A stretch of 64,000 nt of DNA from positions 517,552 through 581,551 of the forward strand of contig BDGG01000011.1 in the NCBI GenBank assembly GCA_001949185.1. The letters run 5' to 3'. Below are positions 54,175 through 64,000 of the stretch, in pieces; within the stretch, counting starts at the first letter, position 1; every line of letters starts with the position of its first letter. This DNA comes from Ramazzottius varieornatus (taxonomy: Eukaryota > Animalia > Tardigrada). The notes beneath the pieces were generated by a model, which did no database searches, was not told the origin of the DNA, and saw nothing but the letters and a program-made list of their open reading frames with translations. Position numbers and translations under genes: made by a program.

Positions 54175-54758
54175 CGTCCTCGGTTGATTGACTGGTATCC
54201 CGGTTTGATCCGAAACTGTCCTGCCGTCTTTTCCAAGGATGGCACCGTCTTCCGACGATATCTCAGCGGTATCTATAAACAAAGAACGAGTAATATGGTT
54301 CAGCAGTCTGATGGACTGACCAGAAGATGATTTCGCTGCAGCAAAAACGTCCGAGAAGATTCTGATGAATCTGATTCAGAAAGAAAATTAATAAATGTTT
54401 CCTGTTTTGGTTCGCAGAGTACGAACTGCGAAGCCGCGCAGTTACTGCTCGGATGTAGTTCGCTCGTACGATGCCATATTCCCGTGCCGAAGCTTACGTC
54501 CAGCGAACCCGTATCCACGTACACCCGCAGTCCCGCACACCTCTTTCGGTGGTACACCGATACAGAGATACAGTTTTATTTGCCAAAAAATAAAAAATTC
54601 ATCCGCATTCTCGATTCTTCTCGTCAGCTGTTTCTCTTCCGCACTTACTTCCACGTTACCTAACACGGAATAAGCTTCTTTGACGGAATGGTTTGTAGAT
54701 CTGAAGCCCGGACGCAGCTGACGGAGGAGAGTTCCTGAGCGCGCAGCGAATAAGGAAG

Positions 54759-56047
54759 ATGCTGCCCGTGAACACTTCACGCTCCAAATCTGCATCGTGG
54801 AAGAGGAAAGACAGCGACGAAGTGGTCATTCCTTTGCTGGACAACGACCTCTACCACACTAGTGACGACTTCGATGACGTTCCTTTGAGTGACGTTCCTG
54901 CTTCTCGATCTACACGTTCCTTTCAACACCATGAAGCGGCCAGCCGGATGCAAGCCACCACTAGTCGTGGTCTCAGTCCCACTTCTGCCGACCCTTCCTT
55001 CAATTCCTTCGAGATGCGCTCGCGCGTTCGCCGTCCGGATGAAGTCCCGAGCAACCAGCTCAATTCTTCGTTTGTCCTCGTGGACGTTCCCATCGAGCCC
55101 GGGGATACTCTTCCCAGCTTTGCCATCAAGTACCACGTCACGGTAATGTTGAGTGTATTCTGCGTGATTCAATCAGGAAATTCAATCAACCTGTGGCCAG
55201 TCCTGGCACGGCCTTGTTGCGGGTCTGGACGTGTCCCTCAAGTCCGTGCCCGCGCTTTCGCTTCCGTTTTTGGGCGAATTTGTTCGTGGTTCTTTCTGGT
55301 TTTTGAGGGGTCCTTTTCTGATTGCAGACAAGTGAGCTGAAGCGTCTCAATAATATGTTTCAGGTATCGATATCTGTAAAGAGTGAGACTTGTAGGATAA
55401 AACGAGTGACTATTTCTTTCTTCTTGCAGGATCAAGATTTTTACGGTTACACACAACTGAAAGTTCCTATCCATAAGTACAGTCGCCTCTACGAAGACGT
55501 CCAACGCCGAAGCAACATACCCGGAATATCAAGGCAAGACTCTAACGTCGGCGAAAGCACCTTGGTGGACCTGTCGGCGCGAGTACCCAGCTCGTACCAC
55601 GAGGCCGGCCCCGCCGACAGTGCTGGCATGGACCTGGACGAGGTGACAGTTACATTACCCTGGAGTCACACTAACCGCAGCTTGCCTTCGCAGTCGCGAG
55701 AAGCCAAATTGTTTTTACAGAACATGGACCGCGACCTCCAGCGCCTGACACAAGCTGCTCTCGACCGACGACCATCTTCCCTCAACGGAATAGAGGTTCG
55801 CGTTAGTAACGGACGAGTTCAGCCGCTGGAAGATGGCTTAGGCTGTGATGGCGCCGACTGGGGTATTCCTTTCAAAGGCCTTCTTTGTATGTTGTTGTGT
55901 CTAACGGTTGTCCTTCCTGGTGCTTTTTTGATCTACAAGCTGTACTGTATGCACCATCCTGACGCTTGTCCGCCTTCTGATGGCCATTCTGTGATAAATT
56001 CTCACACCAACGCCACCACCTTGATGGCAGCCAACCACGAACGCTGA
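54759..56047 (+). CDS. LYSMD3: LysM-domain type II membrane protein (LYSMD3/4-like), 3 coding exons
   Basis: LysM IEPGDTLPSFAIKYHVT|TSELKRLNNMFQ|DQDFYGYTQLKVP; AKLFLQNMDRDL; GADWGIP followed by a C-terminal TM helix. Confidence 0.88.
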
Positions 56048-56624
56048 GTCCTTTCTTAATCTTCAGAATGAATTTCCAAATTTCTTTATTTTCTTTATGG
56101 ATGTCGCGAATAGTTCTCCAGTGCAGCGACGGGTGTTTTTCGTGATGCCAAAATATGAGATCTTCTGTTCAGAATTTATCCCTGCAGGCTGCGATGTACT
56201 TACTGCCACATCTAATTTCTTTTTTACATTTGAATGGCTCAAAGTTTTCTCAATGCCAAGTGGAACGGCTGGATTGAACTCGGTAACGCGAAGTTTATTT
56301 GTGATAGCGATCTGGTACTTGAAACGTAATTACGTAAACGGCAACAAAAATAACTGGAATCACGGAAGAAACTGCTAACCAGTAGAAAACAGTAGAAAGG
56401 ATTGCCAGGATACTCGAAGATACATTTTTCTTGTGGGATAATTATGATAAAAACGGGAGGCCGGCAAACGAAACATACAAGATTGCTATCTTGAGTGGCG
56501 CAGGCTTCCAGCCAGCAGCAATGAGGGCGTGCGCCACTTCACATAACGATCGCGTACGTTTCGTTTGCCGACCTCCCAGATGAACCGAAATTTGCAACAA
56601 GGGTAACAGGTAGGAACAAGACAC

Positions 56625-57427
56625 TTAAAGCTTTGCGAAGAAGTAAAGCATCACCAGAGAAAAGCTCAAGGTCCAAGGACTGAGCCAGTTGGCCGAGGCT
56701 GCACCATATCGTCCATCGTAGCCATACTGTGTTCCGTACGGCGTGCCGACGGTTCCAACGACTCCGCCGTACTGATTGCTCTGAATTCCATACTGGCTCT
56801 GCGGATAGTTGGATCCATAAGTACCCGGGTTGGACTGTGGTCCGTAGGCCGTGTTCGGGTACTGCTGCCCGCTACCGTAATAACCAGACTGGTAAGTATT
56901 TTGTCCATATACCGCGTTGGGGTTGTACTGGTTGTACCCAGGTTGACCGTAGAGATTGTTGGGACTATTGGTGCCGTACTGGTTGGGAAGGTATCCAGGC
57001 TGTTGTTGTTGGTTGTAATTACTGTACGTGTTGCCGACACCCGAGCTGGGATAAAAGCCCGTGCCGGTGTTGGACCCGATGGCATTGTTCTGACCGGTCA
57101 GAGGGTTGATCACTTGATCGGGGCGACGAGAATTGCAAGAGTCCGATCTGGAAAAGCAAGCAACAGTGCGTGATAATTTTCGTCATTTTTTTCTACGTGG
57201 GTTATTGTTGAAATTCACACAGTACCTGCAGTTGCAAACGGTGGCGCGTGTTGAAGTACCCGGAAGCGTGACGATCTGGCAGTCTTCATCGCCTACGCTG
57301 TACACACCAGGATAGCGACCACAGCCTCGTTGTACTTGTAGTCCAGTATTGGCCATGTAAGGATTACCGTAGGGAATGCTTCCCGAAACGCCGAATTGTC
57401 CTTGTTGCTGCTGTGTGTTGTACACAC
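56625..57427 (-). CDS. Ly6/quiver-like GPI protein, 3' cassette 2 (exons 57427-57226, 57147-56625)
   Basis: Phase-1 acceptor. VQRGCG...EDCQIVTL...TRATVCNCRSDSCNSRRPDQ, then a Y/G/N/Q/P-rich tail and a hydrophobic GPI-type C-terminus. Confidence 0.8.
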
Positions 57428-57799
57428 CTGCGAAGAATTGAAAGCAAAAACTAGTCAAAACACGGTAGACAACAGTCAACCATTCGTCAGCTGAGAACTG
57501 TTGGGGATAATATTTGGGTGGTACGTCTGTGCGCCTCTCAAGTTTTGGTACCTGTTTTGAGCGCAAAAATTGTTTCCACTGTTGATTTTACTGTATACGA
57601 AAGTTCCGACAAGAAAAGCCACAACGGAGTATCAGGGTCAATTAAGAAACCACGACAAACTGAGAAACGGCAGATCCGCCGACATTTGGTTCACGCTTGA
57701 GAAAGGGAAAAAGACTGGAAGGAAATTAGAGATCGTTGACTACGTTGTCAGAAGAGCAGCCGCTTGCAGAAATGCGAAACAGACCATAATGCTGAAGAT

Positions 57800-58932
57800 T
57801 CAGAAAGACAGTAAGGAATAAACAATAACGACAAAAAGATGGAGCATCCTCATCGAAACTTGTCCAGTGGCGCCACCATTCACGCCGTAGTTGGCTTCTC
57901 GCGACATGACAAAGTACTCCACCACTTCCGGTCCTTTTGCTCCAGTCCCTGTGAGGTTGTTCCTCAAATCGTAGTTATTACTGGCCAACACCGGCTTGGT
58001 CCCATCATAGCCCGCACCGGCGTTTTTGATGGCGTTCGAGTTAAACCCACTATTTGGATTCCCGCGGAAACCAACTTGTCCGCCTGGTGAATTTATGTTT
58101 CCATTATACGGTCGATTTCCCGGATCGTTCATCGGTCCTTGAAAGCCTCCCGCGTTCGTAAAGCCTCCTGTTTGCATGTTCTGACCGTAGTTTGCCGGAT
58201 AGAAGCCCGTGTTGGGTGGTCGGTTGTTTTGGTTGTACAAACTTGGGTCAGGTCCATACGCCGTACTTTGTATGTTCTGAGTAGCAAAGTTGGGGTTTGC
58301 GGGATAATACTGGGGTGACCGGTCACCGTACACGAAGTTACTGGGTGCTTGTTGTGGCAAGAAGGGAGTGTTTATCGGTGACTGTTGGTTGTTCATGAGG
58401 TAATTCTCGTTACCGTAACCGCTACCGTAGTACATGACGGGTGGCGGGTTTCCTGCGTACGATGTGGGCTGTAGGGGATACGGGTGAGGTCTGTGCGGCA
58501 CGTAACCGTCCCTGTCAGCTGAATGCGGACTACCGTAGCCAACGGCAGAAGTTTCGCGGTTCATCCCCGGGTACGGGCTGCCCGAGCCATAAGGGGAAAG
58601 AGAGCGTGAGGTACCCGACATGGCGGTCCAAGGTGTGGTGATGGATGAAGAGAAGCCAGCGGAGGGAAGTTGGTCGGGACGCTTGTTGTTACATTCGGTG
58701 GATCGGCACTGGCAAATGGTGGCGCGTGTCTGGGTGGCACTACCGGACAAAGCGGCCACTGAAGGCGGGAGGCTGACGGTCAACACCTTGCACTCTTCCT
58801 GACCGAGGTCGCCGGGCTTGACGTAGGGAGCGGGACCACAACCGCGGAAGACGGTTTGGCCTTGGTGGGGCAAAGCGACAGGCACATCGGGAGAAAGGTT
58901 TTGGGGGAACGTGAGTTTGCTATTTACGATAC
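57800..58932 (-). CDS. Ly6/quiver-like GPI protein, 3' cassette 1 (single exon)
   Basis: Phase-1 acceptor TTTTAG|GT. VFRGCG...EECKVLTV...TRATICQCRSTECNNKRPDQ, then a Y/G/N/P-rich tail and a hydrophobic C-terminus. Confidence 0.8.
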
Positions 58933-61167
58933 CTAAAACACAGAGAAGAAATAAGGCCAAACTGCTTGATGAAATTTCTTTCCTTGAAACTTCAGAAATG
59001 TTTGGCAGGCCGGCCAACGAAACGTAGAGGATCGTTATATCAGGTGGCGCAGACTTCCAGCCAGCTGCAATGAGAGTATGCGCCACTTGAGGTACCGATC
59101 TGATGCGTTTCGTTTGGTACCCTCCCAGTGTTTTGGTTTTGTCATTCGGATTAGTTTTGCCAGTTGGGCCTTATTTCTCTCCACGTTACGGACAACACAT
59201 GTACAATACAAACATACCAATGAGCAGAAAGTCAGATAAACAGATAAAAAATCTGCACCAGTTCATTGGCACTTTCCAAATTCTTTTGCGTAACACTCAC
59301 AAGGAAGAAAATCAAAGTGAGCAATTAAGGGAGTTAGAGTAATTTGCTCTGTAACGGAGCCTCTTCAGTATAAGTGCCAATGTTACATCACATGAACTTG
59401 CATCAAAGTCTTCATTGATCAATGTCAATTGAGGTTTGTCGACTCTGATGTTGGCAGAAACCACAAGGCTCTTCACTGTCGAGTTTGTCCCCTGATGCAG
59501 ATCTCAGCGACATGAATGATCGACCCTCTTTAGTGTTTATGGTTTCTCTTCCAATTGAGCAAACATTGACGGATCAAGATGGCGTGTGACATTCGGCACC
59601 AAGAGCAACTTTGGGTTTCTGAACAGGGAAGTTAATGTTTGCCGGTGGGACATTACATGACGATTGACCAACATCAGCATTTCCCTCTGATGTATTCATT
59701 ATCGGGTCTGTCAATGACAGGTGCTGAGAATCGGCAGAATGCTGCTGTTAGCAAAGATTATCACACTTTAGAAGGACAAATAAATAATCTTGCACTATTG
59801 TTCAAAAATTCGCCGACTCGCATTCTCATCTGTTTTTGTGTTCAAACGATAACACCCTGGCGAACCCTTAAGATTTAGGGGAAAGTGGTTCTCGAAGCCT
59901 TCATGGAGTAAAAATAACAAAAACAAAGAAGAAAAACTCAAGAATCCATTTGGAACCGAGGCATAGGAACTCTAATTGATCGTTCTTCCAAGTGGCGCAG
60001 TTTTTTAACTAAAAGCACCGGTGAAACGCGCCACTTGAATAAACTCCACAAGATCGTCCATTCAGAAGGCGCATGCTTTCGGCTGAAAACACTGAAGACT
60101 TGCCCCATTTAATGAAACAATCTTGTCGAATCAGTTGACCGAGCCCTTACTTTTCACCATCAACTAATGTATTCGAAAACAGCTTGTACTTCTTCGTATG
60201 GCAGGACCGAGATTCTAGCTAAAAGTCAACTTTTGGTGTTTACATGGTCAGCGTTCGATCAAGTGGGCATCAAGCAGCACCGTAGTTCTCATCCCAAACA
60301 GGTCTAATATGTAAGACAGAAGCTGACCATGACTGCGTCGAAGCCAACAACTGGAATAACCGGTTCTGGTCATCACGCGACGAGGAAAACATGTGCCACA
60401 CTGCATACCGTGCAAGGTATGCTAGTAATATCGATCAAGCAGAAGGATGTAATAATGTCTCTCTCCCCAGGTGAATAACCTGACCAGAGTCGCACATGTT
60501 TTCCTGTACTCATTCCTTCGACCATTAATCGATCGATAAGCAGTTTTGGCATTCCATGGTCATCGTTATTGTACGACCATACCGGCGCCGCACCTTTATC
60601 AAGGTACCGGTGTTCCAGTATGCGTAACCACTTTATGTGTTACACTGCAAGTCATGCCTAACGCAGAAGGTAAACTTCCTCATGTGGAAACAATGGTCGC
60701 ACCCTAAAATCGTAACCTTCCGATTTAGATGTTGGGAAACTCAGCATACAGTACAAGCTCGATAACATTGCTTTTTCGAGTGGCGCAAATTATCAGCCAC
60801 GAACACTGGTAACGTGCGCCACTTGATTAAGCAATCTCTTCCAGGTTCGTTTCAGCCAACTCAAAATTTCGGCTTGGCTTATTGGCTTCATCCCGCATCC
60901 CAAACTTTACACGTACAGCAACTGATACTTTAAGACGTTCGCGCCGATAAAAAAGCCAACCGGCGAAAAGGTTGCCCACATTGTTTTCGGAGGAAACAAT
61001 GGAGTACTGCAGCAGACATTATATATGTATCTGCATAACTGCGCGTTTCACGGTTATGGGAAACATCCAGCATGGATAGACACGCTGACCTAGGTCTATT
61101 GTCATTTTAAAATTTCAGCTACATAATCAACCTATCGTATCACAGAATTCCACAGCGGTACTCTTAC

Positions 61168-61571
61168 CGCTGGAGCTTTGTGGTCCAGGTAACACCACTG
61201 TGTAGCAGCTTTGCGAGTCCCACGGGCAATCCTTGATCTGTCTAGAATCGGCGTTGTAGCAGTCCGAAGTACTGGAACTGTAGACGCCATTGTTGTTGTT
61301 CGAACTGGCGAACGAGGAAGAAGAGCTGTAGGAGCCGGAGATGCTGAAGGCCGACGCCGGATTGCACTCGTAACACCGTAACGCCGAGATCTCTGTGAGC
61401 ACACATAATGTAGGTCAATTATGTATTCAAGTGAACGCCGCAATTGCGCTTGACATGATTTTTCGTCTGTTTAAAGTGTTTGTTATTACCTTGAATGACG
61501 GATAATATCATTATGGAAATCAACGTGAGCAATTGCTGCAGAAAAATGGATATCCACGTAGATTTCGCCAT
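61168..61571 (-). CDS. Shared 5' exons (61571-61490, 61392-61168) of the Ly6/quiver-like gene
   Basis: Signal peptide MAKSTWISIFLQQLLTLISIMILSVIQEISA, then LRCYEC...DC...DCPWDSQSCY (first 5 of 10 three-finger cysteines). Phase-1 donor G|GTAAGA. Confidence 0.85.
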
Positions 61572-64000
61572 AATTCAACGCTGTACGAACTCAATGCCGA
61601 AACTTTTAGTTGACGAAAATGGAAGAAGTTCGTTCAAACTTCGAATGGTAAGAAACAATTCCGTTCTGAAGGGGACCAAGTAATCCACACACTGATAATT
61701 CTCCTTGTAATCGTTAGCAAATACACACGAGGAAGATAGCGAAGTGTGTACGGAGGAGATAGCGGAATTCCGTTCAGCTACATTTCGAGTTGCAGTAAGG
61801 CAGAATCGAGAAACCGTGATTGGTGCAGAAACGTTCCGAAGTGAAAGTGAAGAGGGGACGAAAACTGTTTTGGCGGTCAGCTCACTCGCATCGCCAGAAA
61901 AGCAAATGGAAAGAACACCTTTCCGTTTTCCTACAATGACTAGAAAATGTTCACAGTGAACCTGAAAACCGGTCCAGTGTTTACTACAACTAAAGTCTTA
62001 CTTTCGGTTTCCACTGTATACATTATAGCTATCAGAGAAGTGTATGATCATTCCACCTGCTTTTAGCGATATCGAGTACACGTACGACCACCAGTTTGAG
62101 TCAGCTGGAATTCAATAACAAGGTTGAATCACGTAAAGGTGGCATGTAGGCGTACGGTGCGCTTACGTGTGCATACGGGGCCAGATTATTTTCCCCGGTA
62201 GCGCACGCTCCACCTAATTACACTGATAAAGTGCGCAACGTGGGGAAATAACCTGGTCGAGTTGTGCGCCGGGCTACCACTTACGTACGCTGTTTTGCTG
62301 ATACAGTATCATTAGAGGTGCATACACTGTAAGTTGGAGAATGTTGCGATGAATTGTGGTGCTTCAGAAAAGGTGTGAAGTGAAACATCGACAATGAGTT
62401 CTCTATTGGGCGAAGTTTAACTCATGGCTTTGGACCGCCACGCAGACGTATCCAGGTCAAAGCAAATATTGCGCAGCAATCGTCGATCTGGCCGAATGAT
62501 GTACAAACACGGTCAGTCCACCGGACTTTGGTCGCTTATCATACTATTCACTCAAACACACACTTTCTCAGCGGAAAACCTCCACTGAACCCGTCCAATC
62601 GGACCTTGTCATTTAGGTACCCAAGGCACGCACTTTAAGTCGCAGGCGAGAACCCCAAATTTTACTCGGAAGGAAACTGGAACGGCAGGTACGGAAGGGC
62701 ACCAAACTGACTAGTTTAAGCTTTGCCACCCAAAGATATGCGAGAGCGCTCAGACTGGTGAACCATTAGCGTGAGAAAGAAATTCATGGTCATTTTTACG
62801 AGCGAACGTTTTGTCGAGCACTAAAACATGCTAGAAAGCGTTTGCCACTCCAGTCAGTGTTATATTCGAGCTCTCAGTTCTTAGACCCTTCAAATGCTGT
62901 TAGTAGCACGGTACGTGAGATCGAGCCAGAATAACAGTCGGCATTTACATAACAAACGAGGCAATAGGTATGCTGATCCGCTCTATAATAAAACGGCTGC
63001 AAATGCGCGCGTCACTGACCATAACGCCGATCCGCCAAAGTGCTCACTACAGTCCACGGTTCCCCTTCTAATATTCATCTCCCTCAGCGGACCGTGACGC
63101 CATCACAACCAAACTTGACTCTGATCGTCCACATTACGGTCGATTTTGAAGTTTTCGGCTACGAGGAAAATAACATTCTAAAATACCGAATTTACACCGA
63201 AAACTGAGAACCCGAATGAACCTCGAAATTTTATTTAAGTGGTTTTTGTTCCTTAGTGTTTTTTTCCCACACATACAGGTTGATTCAGATCAAACCGACG
63301 GATTTTGAAAATCTATATCGAATCTGCTTTTGGCTCGTTACAGTGAGTCATCAGTCCCTTCGATAGATCAGCATCAGATCTTGATTTGTATGAGTTTTAT
63401 GGTCGTAACTTTGATCGCTTGATTGGTATGACCAACAGAAAACTACCCATTTTCCTGGTGAAAACTAGCCTTTATCAGCAAAATTTCTCTACTACTCGCG
63501 AAAGACTGTCGCGTTGCTCGTACTATTTTCTTGCGGTCAATAAATGTTTGAGGTAATTTATAAACATGATTTGATTACGTTTAAATCACTTCCGAAGAAC
63601 CAATTGAAAATGATCTATAAAATATTTTCAAATTTTTGCTTACTAACACGTTCAATGACCATCGTTTCCAACACGACAAGAAACTTCAGCAGAAGATTTA
63701 CTTTTCCGATACCACAATGCCGTCTCAACAAAACTGCATGAGCGGAATCTTTTCATGAATTTAGCGCAGTGGAACAGGAGCCCAAACTTGGCCATATTTC
63801 CACTTCGAAATACACTCTCGATTTCCAATTTCCGACTACTCAGGAGTTTTTGAAACTTGATTCCGACTCGATCGCGCGATCTCAATGAGATTTTCGGAAA
63901 ATAACCATAAGAATTTGGGATACTTGGGGACAAGATTTCGAGTCGAAGAAAGTATCACAGAATTTTTTAAAGCCTCTCAAAGTCCGTCGGCTTGATTTGA

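Noticed and set aside
55364-55429. In-frame, stop-free introns (LYSMD3 66 nt; also ADH5 11017-11076 and NDUFS1 about 22885-22956) read through by the ORF track
   Set aside because: They have canonical GT-AG ends and would disrupt conserved domains if retained. A few such cases are expected among many short introns.
58933-59086. N-terminus of the 428-aa ORF (MAHTLIAAGWKSAPP...)
   Set aside because: This is read-through of an intronic palindrome copy. The real exon starts at the acceptor at 58932.
60383-60505. 14-bp inverted repeat AGGAAAACATGTGC / GCACATGTTTTCCT in the Ly6 intron
   Set aside because: Short, single occurrence and no TSD. Not enough to call an element.
63100-64000. AT-rich terminal stretch resembling non-coding transposon interior
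   Set aside because: No TIR pair, TSD or coding remnant is identifiable within the window.

Overview
This is an intron-rich, gene-dense animal genomic window with mostly 55-300 nt GT-AG introns and no evident CpG depletion. A compact ecdysozoan genome such as a tardigrade is my inference, not something the sequence proves. Recognisable genes are class III alcohol/formaldehyde dehydrogenase, an SLC35F3/F4-like transporter, NDUFS1, tRNA-Pro(CGG), a double-HMG-box protein, a bubblegum-type acyl-CoA ligase, POLDIP2 and LYSMD3, plus several orphan secreted or membrane proteins. Mobile DNA comprises a complete-ended but decayed 3.0 kb hAT transposon, a lone LINE ORF1-like ORF and two MITEs. Most interesting: (1) two separate loci, a MARVEL/Snakeskin-like gene and a Ly6/quiver-like gene, where one shared 5' exon encodes the first part of a domain and is followed by 2-3 tandem, phase-matched, multi-exon 3' cassettes that each complete the domain; (2) about 23 copies of a palindromic element with an inverted AAGTGGCGC pair held 28-29 bp apart despite a highly diverged spacer, often as tandem units with a 72-75 bp period; (3) a ~25-aa module I do not recognise, present three times in two neighbouring secreted proteins and split each time by a phase-1 intron at the same codon; (4) a tandem pair of small secreted amphipathic proteins with 11-residue periodicity. 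All exon structures were inferred by hand from splice signals and reading frame.
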